NCBI GenBank assembly: GCA_026394935.1
Contig: JAPLZR010000081.1
Span: 4,178 to 39,606, forward strand
Source of the DNA: Candidatus Woesearchaeota archaeon
GTDB lineage: Archaea > Nanobdellota > Nanobdellia > Woesearchaeales > ARS49
Direction: 5' to 3'
DNA: 35,429 nucleotides
Of this stretch, positions 1 to 8,310 are shown in pieces. Both the position numbers and the translations under genes were made by a program. The notes under the pieces were generated by a model. The model worked only from the letters and a program-made list of their open reading frames with translations. It was not told the origin of the DNA and made no database searches. Within the stretch, counting starts at the first letter, position 1. Each line of letters starts with the position of its first letter.

Positions 1-1
1 T

Positions 2-694
2 TTGGTTGTTGCAGTTGCTGGCGAAGAGGAATTAAGGCATTACTACGAGGCTATTGCAGGGGACCTTGGCATTTCGTGCAGGGCGTTTCCTCATGCTGAG
101 GAAGTTCCTGCTGATTTAAGGGATGCGAGGATGCTGATTTCTAACTGGCGTTCTATTCCTTATGTTGGGGGTTTTTCCGGCAGCAAAATACTGATTACAG
201 GAGGAGACGTTATTGGTGGCTATGAGAATTATTGTGTTAACGAGGTTTGGCAGAATCCTGTATCTGTTGGTGTTCTTCAGGGTTTGATGCGCAAGTGCAC
301 TTCTGATAAGCCAAGATTGTTGTGCATTGAAGACGATACTAATCTTGCTTTCTTGGTTGAGTCTCTTGTTGGAGATATGGGCGTCGAGCCTGTGATGGCT
401 AAGCACGTTGATGCTGGTCTTCCTTTATTGCCTTCTGTTCATGCTGTTTTGTCAGACGTTTATCAGGAAAAGTTTACTAATAAGGATGGTTATTGGATGC
501 TGGCTGAGGCGCGTAAAATCTATGACGGGCGTCAGCTTCCTTTTGCTTTGATGAGCGGTAAAATTTTTGATGAGGAAAAAAAAGGCGATGCTTTGCTTTT
601 ACCTAAGATATTTAGTGAGAAACAGCTGGTAGCAACTGTGCGTTCTTTGATTTCCAAATCTTTATATGCTTCTGTATTTCCAAAGTTCTTGTGA
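2..694 (+). CDS. Response-regulator receiver (CheY-like REC) domain protein, 5'-partial; possibly a second degenerate receiver at the N-terminus
   Basis: C-terminal half has REC motifs: LLCIEDD (acidic pocket), VLSDV (phosphoacceptor Asp), DGY, LMSG, LPK. Its TGA stop overlaps the polB GTG start (GTGA, 691-694). Confidence 0.7.
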   Translation: MVVAVAGEEELRHYYEAIAGDLGISCRAFPHAEEVPADLRDARMLISNWRSIPYVGGFSGSKILITGGDVIGGYENYCVNEVWQNPVSVGVLQGLMRKCTSDKPRLLCIEDDTNLAFLVESLVGDMGVEPVMAKHVDAGLPLLPSVHAVLSDVYQEKFTNKDGYWMLAEARKIYDGRQLPFALMSGKIFDEEKKGDALLLPKIFSEKQLVATVRSLISKSLYASVFPKFL

Positions 695-3084
695 AAACAT
701 CTTTTTACCCGACGGACATCAGCTATGTTGTTAAGGACGGCAAGCCGGTTATCCAGTTGTTCGGCCGTACGGTAGACGGGAAGCAAATCTGCGTTCTTGA
801 TGCTTTTGAGCCTTATTTTTATGTTGTTGGAAAGATTGATGTCAAGGATATTGAAGCTTTGCAGCAGGATGACTTAATGGTTGTTCGTGTTGAGAAGGTG
901 AAGAAAAACCTGAACGAGCATGAAACCAGTGCTTTGAAGGTTTTTGTTAACATTCCGAAAGCTGTTCCAGTCATTAAGGACTTAGTGAAACAGCTTGGCG
1001 TTGATGTTTACGAGTATGATATCTTGTTCACTCGCCGTTATTTGATTGACAAGGGCATTGTTCCGCTCACTTTAACAGAAGTGGATGGCGAGGAAGTTCC
1101 TGCCCAGTTAAAGGTGCCTTGCATTAAGGCTAAAAAAATCGTTCCAAAAGAAGACAAAGTTCTTCAGCCTAAAATGCTGGCTGTTGACATTGAAACCTAT
1201 AATCCTGTGCGTGAAGTTAATCCTAGTAAGCATCCTATTTTGATGATTGGCTTGTACGGCAAAGACTTCTCAAGAGTTATTACCTGGAAGAAGTTTCCGA
1301 CAAAGGAAAAGTACGTCGAGTTTGTTCAGTCAGAGGCTGACTGTTTGCAGCGTTTTGTCGAGCTTGTTGCCCAGTATGCCCCTGATTTTCTTGTTGGTTA
1401 TTTCTCTGACGGTTTTGATTTTCCGTTTATTCACGAGCGCGCAAGGATTAACAAGGTGAAACTGGACCTTGGCCTGGACTTTAGCGAGTTGGAAATTGTT
1501 GGCAGGACGCAGAAGGAAGCGAAAATAACCGGCATTTCGCATATTGATATTTTCAAGTTTATCAGGAAGGTTATTGCCCGTAGCATGAAGACTGATGTTT
1601 ACACGCTGGATGCTGTTTCTGGCGAGCTTTTGGGCGAGAAAAAGCACGTTGTTGCTAAGGAATTGTTGTTTAAGGCTTGGGATGATAATGAGGGTTTGGA
1701 GGAGTATTGCAAGTACAATTTGCAGGACTGCGTTCTGACTTACAAATTAACTGAAAAACTTCTTCCTAATCTTACAGAGTTTGTCAGGATTGTCTGTTTG
1801 CCTCCTTTTGATATTGTTCGTATGACTTTTTCGACTTTTGTTGAGTGGTATTTGATGAATCAGGCTGTGAAGAGGAATGAGATTGTGCCTAACCGTCCTG
1901 GCAGGATGGAAGAGATGAACAGGATGTCTGATAGAATAAAAGGCGCATTCGTGTTCGAGCCAAAGCCTGGTTTTTATGAAAACCTTGTTGTCTTCGACTA
2001 TAGAAGTTTGTATCCGAGCATTATTGCTTCTCATAATATTAGTAAGGGTACTTTGAACTGTAAGTGCTGTGGTGATCCTAAGATGGAGACTGAGCGTGGC
2101 ACTTTCTGGTTTTGCGGAAAGCAGAAGGGCTTGTTCAGCATTGTTATTTCTGATTTAATTTTGCGTCGTGCTGAGATTAAGAAGCAGTTGAAGACGAGCA
2201 AGGACCCGTTATTAGCAGCCCGTTCTGAAGCACTGAAAGTTCTCGCTAACAGTTTTTACGGTTATATGGGTTTTCCTCCAGGCAGATATTATTGTATTGA
2301 GTGTGCTGAGAGCACGACTGCTTGGGCTCGGCATTACATTCACAAAGCGATTGATGCTGCAAAGCAGTCTGGCTTTACTGTACTTTACTCAGATACTGAT
2401 AGCCTCTTCGTCCTGCTTGAAAACAAGTCTAAGGATGACGCTCTTGCTTTGATGGAGAAGATTAACAAGGACCTGCCTGGGATGATGGAGTTGGACTATG
2501 AGGGCTTTTATCCTGCTGGTATTTTTGTGAGCTTGCGCGCTGGCGATTCTGGTGCTAAGAAGAAGTATGCTTTGCTTGATGAACAGGGTAATTTCAAGAT
2601 TCGCGGTTTTGAGACTGTGAGGAGAAATTGGAGTTTTATTGCTAAGGATGTTCAGAAGAAGGTTTTGGAGATTATTTTGAAGGAGCATGATGCTCCGAAG
2701 GCAAAATCTTTTGTGCGTCAGGTCGTTGAGGATTTGAGGAAGAACAAGATTCCTTTGGACAAGGTCGTTATTCATACTGCTTTGTCTAAAGCCATTGCTG
2801 GTTATGCTAATGTTGGTCCTCATGTTGCTGCTGCTCAGAAGATGGAGGCTAAGGGTTTGGAGGTTGGCGCTGGAACTATCATTAAGTATGTCGTCATCAG
2901 GGGCAAGGGTTTGATTCGTGATAAGGTCAAATTGGCTGATGAAGCAAGTCAGGACGAGTACGATGGCGAATATTATGTCCAGAACCAGATTATTCCTGGT
3001 GTTGAGCGCATCTTTGCTGTTCTCGGTATTGGTGTTGATGATTTGACCAAGAATACAAGGCAGAGCTCTTTGGGCAATTTTTGA
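691..3084 (+). CDS. polB: Archaeal family B DNA polymerase
   Basis: ExoI DIET, ExoII FD, ExoIII YNLQD, PolA DYRSLYPSII, PolB KVLANSFYGY, PolC YSDTDS, KKKY. N-terminal uracil-pocket-like PYFY and YEYDILFTRRYLID. C-terminal PIP-box-like QSSLGNF. Confidence 0.97.
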   Translation: MKTSFYPTDISYVVKDGKPVIQLFGRTVDGKQICVLDAFEPYFYVVGKIDVKDIEALQQDDLMVVRVEKVKKNLNEHETSALKVFVNIPKAVPVIKDLVKQLGVDVYEYDILFTRRYLIDKGIVPLTLTEVDGEEVPAQLKVPCIKAKKIVPKEDKVLQPKMLAVDIETYNPVREVNPSKHPILMIGLYGKDFSRVITWKKFPTKEKYVEFVQSEADCLQRFVELVAQYAPDFLVGYFSDGFDFPFIHERARINKVKLDLGLDFSELEIVGRTQKEAKITGISHIDIFKFIRKVIARSMKTDVYTLDAVSGELLGEKKHVVAKELLFKAWDDNEGLEEYCKYNLQDCVLTYKLTEKLLPNLTEFVRIVCLPPFDIVRMTFSTFVEWYLMNQAVKRNEIVPNRPGRMEEMNRMSDRIKGAFVFEPKPGFYENLVVFDYRSLYPSIIASHNISKGTLNCKCCGDPKMETERGTFWFCGKQKGLFSIVISDLILRRAEIKKQLKTSKDPLLAARSEALKVLANSFYGYMGFPPGRYYCIECAESTTAWARHYIHKAIDAAKQSGFTVLYSDTDSLFVLLENKSKDDALALMEKINKDLPGMMELDYEGFYPAGIFVSLRAGDSGAKKKYALLDEQGNFKIRGFETVRRNWSFIAKDVQKKVLEIILKEHDAPKAKSFVRQVVEDLRKNKIPLDKVVIHTALSKAIAGYANVGPHVAAAQKMEAKGLEVGAGTIIKYVVIRGKGLIRDKVKLADEASQDEYDGEYYVQNQIIPGVERIFAVLGIGVDDLTKNTRQSSLGNF
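3013..3084 (+). repeat. polB 3' terminal 72 bp (copy 1 of direct repeat)
   Basis: 3028-3067 is identical to 4093-4132 (40 bp); flanking codons differ. Confidence 0.95.
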
Positions 3085-3432
3085 TTATTTCTTTTTGTAC
3101 CCGAATAATTGGTCGTATTCTTTGTGGTCCATGATGCTTAGGACAAAACAAAAAATTTCTATTTGGGTTCCTTCAAGTGTGTATAGCATTCTCCAGTAGT
3201 TTGATAGTTCTGCACGGTATAAGTTTTGTATTTCCATTTCAAGAAATTTTTGTGGAATGAGCTGTTTTTTTATTGGGTCTCCGAACTGGGGATGCTCTTT
3301 GAGAACGTCAATAATGCGGTGTATTGAGCGAAGCATAGTCTCCGCTTCCTTGTCTCCCCGTTTCTTGAGCTCCAGGTACGCTTCTCTGGCTTGGCCTTTT
3401 AGTTTCACTCTGACTTCTTTTCCAAAAAACAT
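3085..3432 (-). CDS. RelE/ParE-superfamily toxin-like protein
   Basis: 115 aa, basic. HPQFGDPI...NLYRAELSNYWRMLYTL...IMDHKEYD matches the archaeal RelE-like pattern. Lies immediately downstream of a small wHTH gene. Confidence 0.7.
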   Translation of the reverse strand: MFFGKEVRVKLKGQAREAYLELKKRGDKEAETMLRSIHRIIDVLKEHPQFGDPIKKQLIPQKFLEMEIQNLYRAELSNYWRMLYTLEGTQIEIFCFVLSIMDHKEYDQLFGYKKK

Positions 3433-3433
3433 T

Positions 3434-3745
3434 TCACACTTCCAGTGTGTTTTCCAGCATTTTACGGAGGTGTTCTGGTTCAGAATAAATCCATTGGATG
3501 CCTTTTGGTCCGTAAATTATTTTGCCGCTCTTCCAAAGATACTCAAGAATGACTTTTAGTGTTTCGTGCATTATTTGCTTTGGAAGCTGTTTCTTGATGT
3601 CTGAAACTTTCATTGGCACATCCCTGTGCGCCTTCAGAAAATCTTCCACCATTAAAACAGTGTTAAGATTAGGATACCTCTTAACCTTGTGGTCTTCTTT
3701 CTGCACTAGTTCTGTTTCGCTAAATTCTAACGCTTGAATGCTCAT
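3434..3745 (-). CDS. Small winged-helix protein, putative antitoxin/regulator (paralog 1)
   Basis: PNLNTVLMVE...LPKQIMHETLKVILEYL..SGKI. 1-nt gap to the toxin start. Clear paralog of 3779-4027. Confidence 0.7.
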   Translation of the reverse strand: MSIQALEFSETELVQKEDHKVKRYPNLNTVLMVEDFLKAHRDVPMKVSDIKKQLPKQIMHETLKVILEYLWKSGKIIYGPKGIQWIYSEPEHLRKMLENTLEV

Positions 3746-3748
3746 TTT

Positions 3749-3762
3749 GTATCAATTGATGC
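3749..3762. promoter_or_regulatory. Palindromic operator candidate GTATCAATTGATGC
   Basis: Perfect palindrome ATCAATTGAT (3751-3760) between the minus-strand TATA (GAAAGGTTTAAATA, about 3776-3790) and the ATG at 3745. Confidence 0.5.
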
Positions 3763-3778
3763 TAAAAAGGTATAGTAT

Positions 3779-4027
3779 TTAAACCTTTCGGTAAAATTCT
3801 TTTGGCATTGAAATCCAGACAACGCCGTCAGGAGTGAACTCTATTTTGCCGTTTTTCTGCAAATAAGCAAGAATTATTTTGAGCGTGTTGTGGTTTACTT
3901 GGCGCGGTAGTCTTCTTTTTAGTTCTGCAATTTTTATGACTTCTTTTGCGTTTCGTATTGTTTCTTCAACCATTAGCACTGTGTCTAGTGTTGGGCTGTG
4001 TGCTGGCTTTTCTAAAATCTGTTCCAT
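3779..4027 (-). CDS. Small winged-helix protein (paralog 2)
   Basis: SPTLDTVLMVE...LPRQVNHNTLKIILAYL..NGKI aligns with 3434-3745. Confidence 0.7.
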   Translation of the reverse strand: MEQILEKPAHSPTLDTVLMVEETIRNAKEVIKIAELKRRLPRQVNHNTLKIILAYLQKNGKIEFTPDGVVWISMPKEFYRKV

Positions 4028-4030
4028 AGT

Positions 4031-4070
4031 TATCAGTTAGTATCTAATTGATACTTATTTATAAACCTTT
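4031..4070 (-). promoter_or_regulatory. BRE/TATA promoter with inverted-repeat operator
   Basis: TATCAGTTAG-tat-CTAATTGATA (4031-4053, 1 mismatch). Minus-strand GAAAGGTTTATAAATA lies about 30 nt upstream of the ATG at 4027. Confidence 0.55.
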
Positions 4071-4077
4071 CTATTGT

Positions 4078-4149
4078 TTCGCAGTTCTCGGCATTGGTGT
4101 TGATGATTTGACCAAGAATACAAGGCAGAGCTTGCCGGCTGGTTTTTAG
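4078..4149 (+). pseudogene. Displaced polB 3' tail (copy 2), encodes FAVLGIGVDDLTKNTRQSLPAGF*
   Basis: Same 24-codon length and stop position as polB FAVLGIGVDDLTKNTRQSSLGNF*. Synonymous changes in the first codons, 40 bp identical core. Confidence 0.9.
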
Positions 4150-4625
4150 TGATGCCTGCTGCCTCCCCAATTTTTCTCGAAAGGAAAAGTGAAACGTGGT
4201 GCGCCATTCGGAGATGCGTGCTTTTTTGCGACTTTCCTGAATTCTGCGTAAAGCTTATAGCGCGATCTGGAAAAAGCGTTTGCCAAAGCGCCAACATCGG
4301 GAAGGGGCAGGCCTGGATTTTCAGCTCTTGCCACTCCCAGTTGTAGAATTATTTGATATACTGTGTTGTTCTTGTATTCTCCCGAAGGTGGTCTATAGGT
4401 GCGCGTATACACTTTCACGCGTTTATGAATGTCGTAATAATACGTTTTTCCCCTCGAATCAATCGCAGTTACGCGCGAGTAAGGTTCGTGGTGAGTCTCA
4501 TACAATTTTCTACTCCATCTTGTAAAAGTTGTTGAAGAAATGCCCAGCTTGCTGACGGCCTCTTTTGTGGTGTCAAAATAGCCTCCTGAATCAAGATAGT
4601 CGACCAAATTTTCAAATGTTGTCAT
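4146..4625 (-). CDS. Hypothetical protein with N-terminal HTH-like segment
   Basis: Likely start ATG 4625 (MTTFENL), which avoids overlap with the upstream gene. TTKEAVSKLGISSTTFTRWSRK is HTH-like. Confidence 0.5.
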   Translation of the reverse strand: MTTFENLVDYLDSGGYFDTTKEAVSKLGISSTTFTRWSRKLYETHHEPYSRVTAIDSRGKTYYYDIHKRVKVYTRTYRPPSGEYKNNTVYQIILQLGVARAENPGLPLPDVGALANAFSRSRYKLYAEFRKVAKKHASPNGAPRFTFPFEKNWGGSRHH

Positions 4626-4660
4626 ATTGTCAAATGCGGGTAGCAATAAAACATTTTTAT

Positions 4661-5083
4661 TTAAGATACTTTGGCAAAGTCGCCGTTTATTATTGTTGGT
4701 CCTATTATTCTTATTTCGTGAGCCCATCTTGCTTCAGAGGGTTTTGGTGTGGGATTTAAGAGGAATATTTTTTTGCCGAGATAATATGCCAGTCCTATTT
4801 CCATCAGGCAGGCTGTTCCGATGTAGCCGTTAATGCTGTTTTTGCGATGGTTCATTACCAATATTGCGTCGCTTTTTGTCAGAGTGTCCATGCAGGTTTT
4901 CATTATGTTGTGCTTTGTGCAGTATTCAAAATCTGTTTCTAGATCGTCTATTAACTTGCTGTTTTCTAGGTGAGTATCAATATCACAGGGCAGTTTTACT
5001 ATGTGCCCCTGTTTTTCAAGTTTCTCTTTTGCAGCGAGCATTTCCTTTGAAAAAGTCATGCTTCCGCATATCATTATTTTCAT
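4661..5083 (-). CDS. Nucleoside 2-deoxyribosyltransferase-like (NDT fold) protein
   Basis: KIMICGS N-terminus and SDAILV...GTACLMEIGLAYYLGKKIFLL, a typical NDT-fold motif with conserved Glu. Confidence 0.65.
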   Translation of the reverse strand: MKIMICGSMTFSKEMLAAKEKLEKQGHIVKLPCDIDTHLENSKLIDDLETDFEYCTKHNIMKTCMDTLTKSDAILVMNHRKNSINGYIGTACLMEIGLAYYLGKKIFLLNPTPKPSEARWAHEIRIIGPTIINGDFAKVS

Positions 5084-5194
5084 AGGAAGGGCAAAATGGC
5101 AGATGTTTATATTTGTTTAGAAATTGCTTTGTTTTCTGCGCATTTTAGAAAAAGTTATAAATAGTTCCTTTTTCCCTCGAGCTGGGTGGTAGTG

Positions 5195-5428
5195 ATGACA
5201 GACCTTTTTAAGACCAGAATGCAGGTAACTCAATTGGTATATCGCTTTCCTGGCATTGAATCTGCAGAGGTTGGAGAGCGTTTTTCGCTTAATGAGCGTG
5301 AGCTGGAAATTATTCTTCGTCGTGCTGAAACAGCGGGTGAGATCAGAAGATACGATATCAACGGTCATGAAAAACTTCAAGGCAAGTCTTTTCTTAAACA
5401 ATTGTTGTATTATTGGATAACTTCTTAA
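5195..5428 (+). CDS. Hypothetical protein (about 77 aa)
   Basis: GGTGGT RBS-like sequence before ATG 5195, upstream AT-rich TATA-like sequence, host-like codon usage. Confidence 0.45.
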   Translation: MTDLFKTRMQVTQLVYRFPGIESAEVGERFSLNERELEIILRRAETAGEIRRYDINGHEKLQGKSFLKQLLYYWITS

Positions 5429-5531
5429 TATTTTATATAATTTCTTAGCACTAAATATAAATCCTTTAAGTTCTATAATGGCTTTACTGTATCTAAGAGA
5501 GGCGTAGTTAGGAATCTGGAGGGAGCTTAAT

Positions 5532-5678
5532 ATGGAACCTATTAGGTATTTTGACAGCATTGATTTTATAGAGCCTAAATGTACTGGTTGCAGTCACATC
5601 ATTCATTACGAAAGGGATACTGTGTTTGATAATAAAAGGAATTCTCTTGCGTGTGTATTCTGTGGTCACTCGGTATAG
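5532..5678 (+). CDS. 48-aa zinc-ribbon microprotein (not in the ORF track)
   Basis: GGAGGGAG RBS. Translates to MEPIRYFDSIDFIEPKCTGCSHIIHYERDTVFDNKRNSLACVFCGHSV* with CxxC...CxxC. Confidence 0.65.
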   Translation: MEPIRYFDSIDFIEPKCTGCSHIIHYERDTVFDNKRNSLACVFCGHSV

Positions 5679-5713
5679 AAACCTTTTTAAATCAGTCATA
5701 TAAACCCAAAACC

Positions 5714-6238
5714 ATGGCCCTTTTCAAACAATTATCAAACAGCTGGCGTGAAAATGGTATGCCTGCAGAGCTTAAAAGAGAGCGCTTGATTGCGTGGCGT
5801 CGTGAGCCGGTTACTTTGAGGATTGAGCATCCGACAAGGCTTGACCGTGCCAAGGCTATTGGCTTCAAGCACGTGCAGGGCATCTTTATGGTTCGCCAGC
5901 GTGTCACAAGGGGCACTCACAAGCGTCCTGACTGGAGTGGTGGTCGTCATTCTCACAATATGAGTTCTCGTCTTAATATGCGCAAGAATTATCAGAATAT
6001 TGCAGAGGAGCGCGCTGGCAGGGCGTACACTAACTGTGAAGTTTTGAACTCTTATTATGTTCTTCAGGACGGTAAAAATTACTGGTATGAGATCGTTATG
6101 GCCGACCGTGCTCTTGTTCAAGTGCAGGGCAGGGTGTTCAGAGGTTTGACCAGCGCTGGCAAGCGTACCCGTGGCCTTCACAAGAAGGGCGTGGGTTCTG
6201 AGAAATCAAGGCCGAGCAGGCGCGCGCATTCGCAATAA
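5714..6238 (+). CDS. rpl15e: 50S ribosomal protein L15e
   Basis: WRREP..RIEHPTRLDRAKAIG, IAEERA, EVLNSY...DGKNYWYEIVM, RVFRGLTSAGK, SRPSRRA. Start set to ATG 5714. Confidence 0.95.
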   Translation: MALFKQLSNSWRENGMPAELKRERLIAWRREPVTLRIEHPTRLDRAKAIGFKHVQGIFMVRQRVTRGTHKRPDWSGGRHSHNMSSRLNMRKNYQNIAEERAGRAYTNCEVLNSYYVLQDGKNYWYEIVMADRALVQVQGRVFRGLTSAGKRTRGLHKKGVGSEKSRPSRRAHSQ

Positions 6239-6252
6239 AAAAGCTCTAAGAG

Positions 6253-6441
6253 GTGGTTGGATTGCCTAAGAACGACAAGCAACACGAAGACTTCGAAAAA
6301 GAGGAAGAACCTAAAGAAATCAAAGAGGAAATCGAGCCTGAAGTGCTTTCCGACGAGGAAGCTGAGTACGAGGAGGATGTGGAGACTTCTGGTGAAAAGG
6401 TAGAGGAAGAGGAATCTGCTGAGGCCTGGGCTGACGAGTAG
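6253..6441 (+). CDS. Very acidic small protein (28 of 62 residues D/E)
   Basis: Follows rpl15e on the same strand; GAGGTG nearby; exact start codon uncertain. Confidence 0.55.
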   Translation: MVGLPKNDKQHEDFEKEEEPKEIKEEIEPEVLSDEEAEYEEDVETSGEKVEEEESAEAWADE

Positions 6442-6662
6442 TGTTGTTTTCCTTTTGTTATCCGTCCGAGTTTGCATTCTGAGGTGGATGATTGAGTGTT
6501 TTGGTTGCAGGGAACCAGACTGTCCTGCGCGTCAAGAGGCAGGTGTTCTATGACCTTCCTGAGAGTGAGTTTTTGAAGCTCAGACCTAAAAATCGTTAAT
6601 TTCGCCTTCTATATATAGTGTCTGGAATATAGGTCTGTTGTCACTCAGTAGTGCTCATAAAT

Positions 6663-6678
6663 CGAAAGCTTTATATAG
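6663..6678 (+). promoter_or_regulatory. Archaeal BRE-TATA core CGAAAGCTTTATATAG
   Basis: The identical 16-mer occurs upstream of grpE (17700-17715); this copy is about 40 nt before ATG 6718. Confidence 0.7.
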
Positions 6679-6717
6679 TGGTCGGTCTTTTACTCCTCTA
6701 CAGGGGTGTCAAATAAC

Positions 6718-8310
6718 ATGATAAACCACAAAACTGACAAGAACGTATTTTCTTTAGAGCAACGTACAGAGAAATCACTGATAGGAAAAGTATTGAACTT
6801 TCCTAAGAAAGTCTTGGCAACAGCAGGCCTTTTGGTTGCATTGTCAGGTATTAACTGCACAGTTGATCCAACATATACTCGTGGCATCGACCCCTTTGAT
6901 ATTCCCCGTGCAGATAGGCGTACGGCTGTTGATTACAAGTGCAAGAACATCGAATCTCTGAAACAATTGTCTGACGGTATTTTGGAATGCACGAGTTTGG
7001 GTGCTACTATTGGTTCTTATAAGGCTCCGGAAGCTCTTCGCAAGGAGGCAGGCGCTCTTGGCAAGGATGCTCAGGAATTATTCTCTATGTTTGAAAAACA
7101 GAACGACCTTGTTGCAAGGTTGAGTTCTTCAAGAATGGCTTATTTGCTTGTTGACAGTTTTGATAGAAACGTTGATTATGATTTGGGTGTCAAGACTGAC
7201 CCTGCTGAACTTGAAAATGTTAAGAAAGACCTTGCTGCTTTGCAGGAGTCTATTAAGAATTTGGATTTTGAAAAGCGCCAGAAGTTTTTGTCTGCTTTCA
7301 AGCGTGTTAAGTCTAAAGATGAATTTGAACGCATGTTGAAGTTTAACAGGGAAGGTCTCGACGATGTAGACCGTATGTTAAGGGCTACGGCTGATATAGA
7401 GACAATCGAAGGCTATCTCGGTCTTGTGGACAGCGCAAATCACATTAGTGCTGAAATTTTGAAGTCCCAGACCGGTTTTGACCAGTACGGTAAAGCTAAG
7501 GGTGAGGGAAGGTTTGTTTTGGACGAATTGCTCGGCCAGAAAGTTACTGATATTATTACTGAAAAAAGCGTTTTTGCTGATGTTTACAAGGATCCTCAGG
7601 ATCTTGTAGGTAAAAGCTTGAGAAGCGTTTATGAGGAATTGCTTGGCCAGATTGAATTGGAAGCAAGGGAATCAAGCCCTGAAAGCATGCACAGGATTTG
7701 CAACAAGTATCTTGCTGCTGCTTTGAGTATGGCTTGCGAAGCTCATAAGGTCGAGTATTCAGATCCTAAGACAAAGACCAGTGGTCGTTTGATTAGCGAT
7801 GAGCAGTATCAGGCAATCGTAAGGATTATGGTTGATGATGCTCTCTCTGCATTTGAGAAATCTGGAAAACAAGCTCATGATGGCAGCGTCAGTCTTGGTA
7901 AGATTTTGGAATCAATACTTCCGTTGTACAGCTTTGCTGTTCCTTTTGATGTTGGAAGGACTGCTTTGAGCAGGGACCACAAGTCTCCTGAACAAGAAGT
8001 TCCTTCTCTTGCAATGCGCGAGATGCTTGCTTACGGCAACCGCATCAATAATGGTTTTATGACTAGAGATAATTTTGTAGGAAGTGCTCACGGCAGGCGT
8101 GCTGAATTCTATTCTGCTATTGCGTCAAGCCTTGCTCAGGCAGGTGTTGTTGCAGGTAGCGCAGCTTACAATATTGCTGGCATTCATTCAATGTTATACA
8201 CTGCTTTCCCTAAGACATTCCCTCAGTTGGGTCCTGAGAAAACGCAGCATTACAATCCTGTTACGCAGGGCGGAGAAGAAGGAGGTCCTGACATAGGTCC
8301 TAAAAAATGA
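6718..8310 (+). CDS. Putative lipoprotein / membrane-associated helical protein of unknown function
   Basis: KK followed by hydrophobic LATAGLLVALSGIN-C (lipobox-like), helical core, hydrophobic Ala/Gly-rich C-terminal segments. Stop overlaps the next ATG (ATGA). Confidence 0.6.
   Translation: MINHKTDKNVFSLEQRTEKSLIGKVLNFPKKVLATAGLLVALSGINCTVDPTYTRGIDPFDIPRADRRTAVDYKCKNIESLKQLSDGILECTSLGATIGSYKAPEALRKEAGALGKDAQELFSMFEKQNDLVARLSSSRMAYLLVDSFDRNVDYDLGVKTDPAELENVKKDLAALQESIKNLDFEKRQKFLSAFKRVKSKDEFERMLKFNREGLDDVDRMLRATADIETIEGYLGLVDSANHISAEILKSQTGFDQYGKAKGEGRFVLDELLGQKVTDIITEKSVFADVYKDPQDLVGKSLRSVYEELLGQIELEARESSPESMHRICNKYLAAALSMACEAHKVEYSDPKTKTSGRLISDEQYQAIVRIMVDDALSAFEKSGKQAHDGSVSLGKILESILPLYSFAVPFDVGRTALSRDHKSPEQEVPSLAMREMLAYGNRINNGFMTRDNFVGSAHGRRAEFYSAIASSLAQAGVVAGSAAYNIAGIHSMLYTAFPKTFPQLGPEKTQHYNPVTQGGEEGGPDIGPKK

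Noticed and set aside
691..3084. Intein or inactivated polymerase
   Set aside because: Length (797 aa) is normal, all catalytic motifs are intact and no intein splice motifs are visible.
5445..5452. CIRCE-like half-site TTAGCACT
   Set aside because: No second half-site, and it is far from the chaperone genes.
5117..5699. Minus-strand ORFs 5117-5560 and 5508-5699
   Set aside because: They cross AT-rich promoter DNA and overlap better-supported plus-strand ORFs that have RBSs; no motifs.
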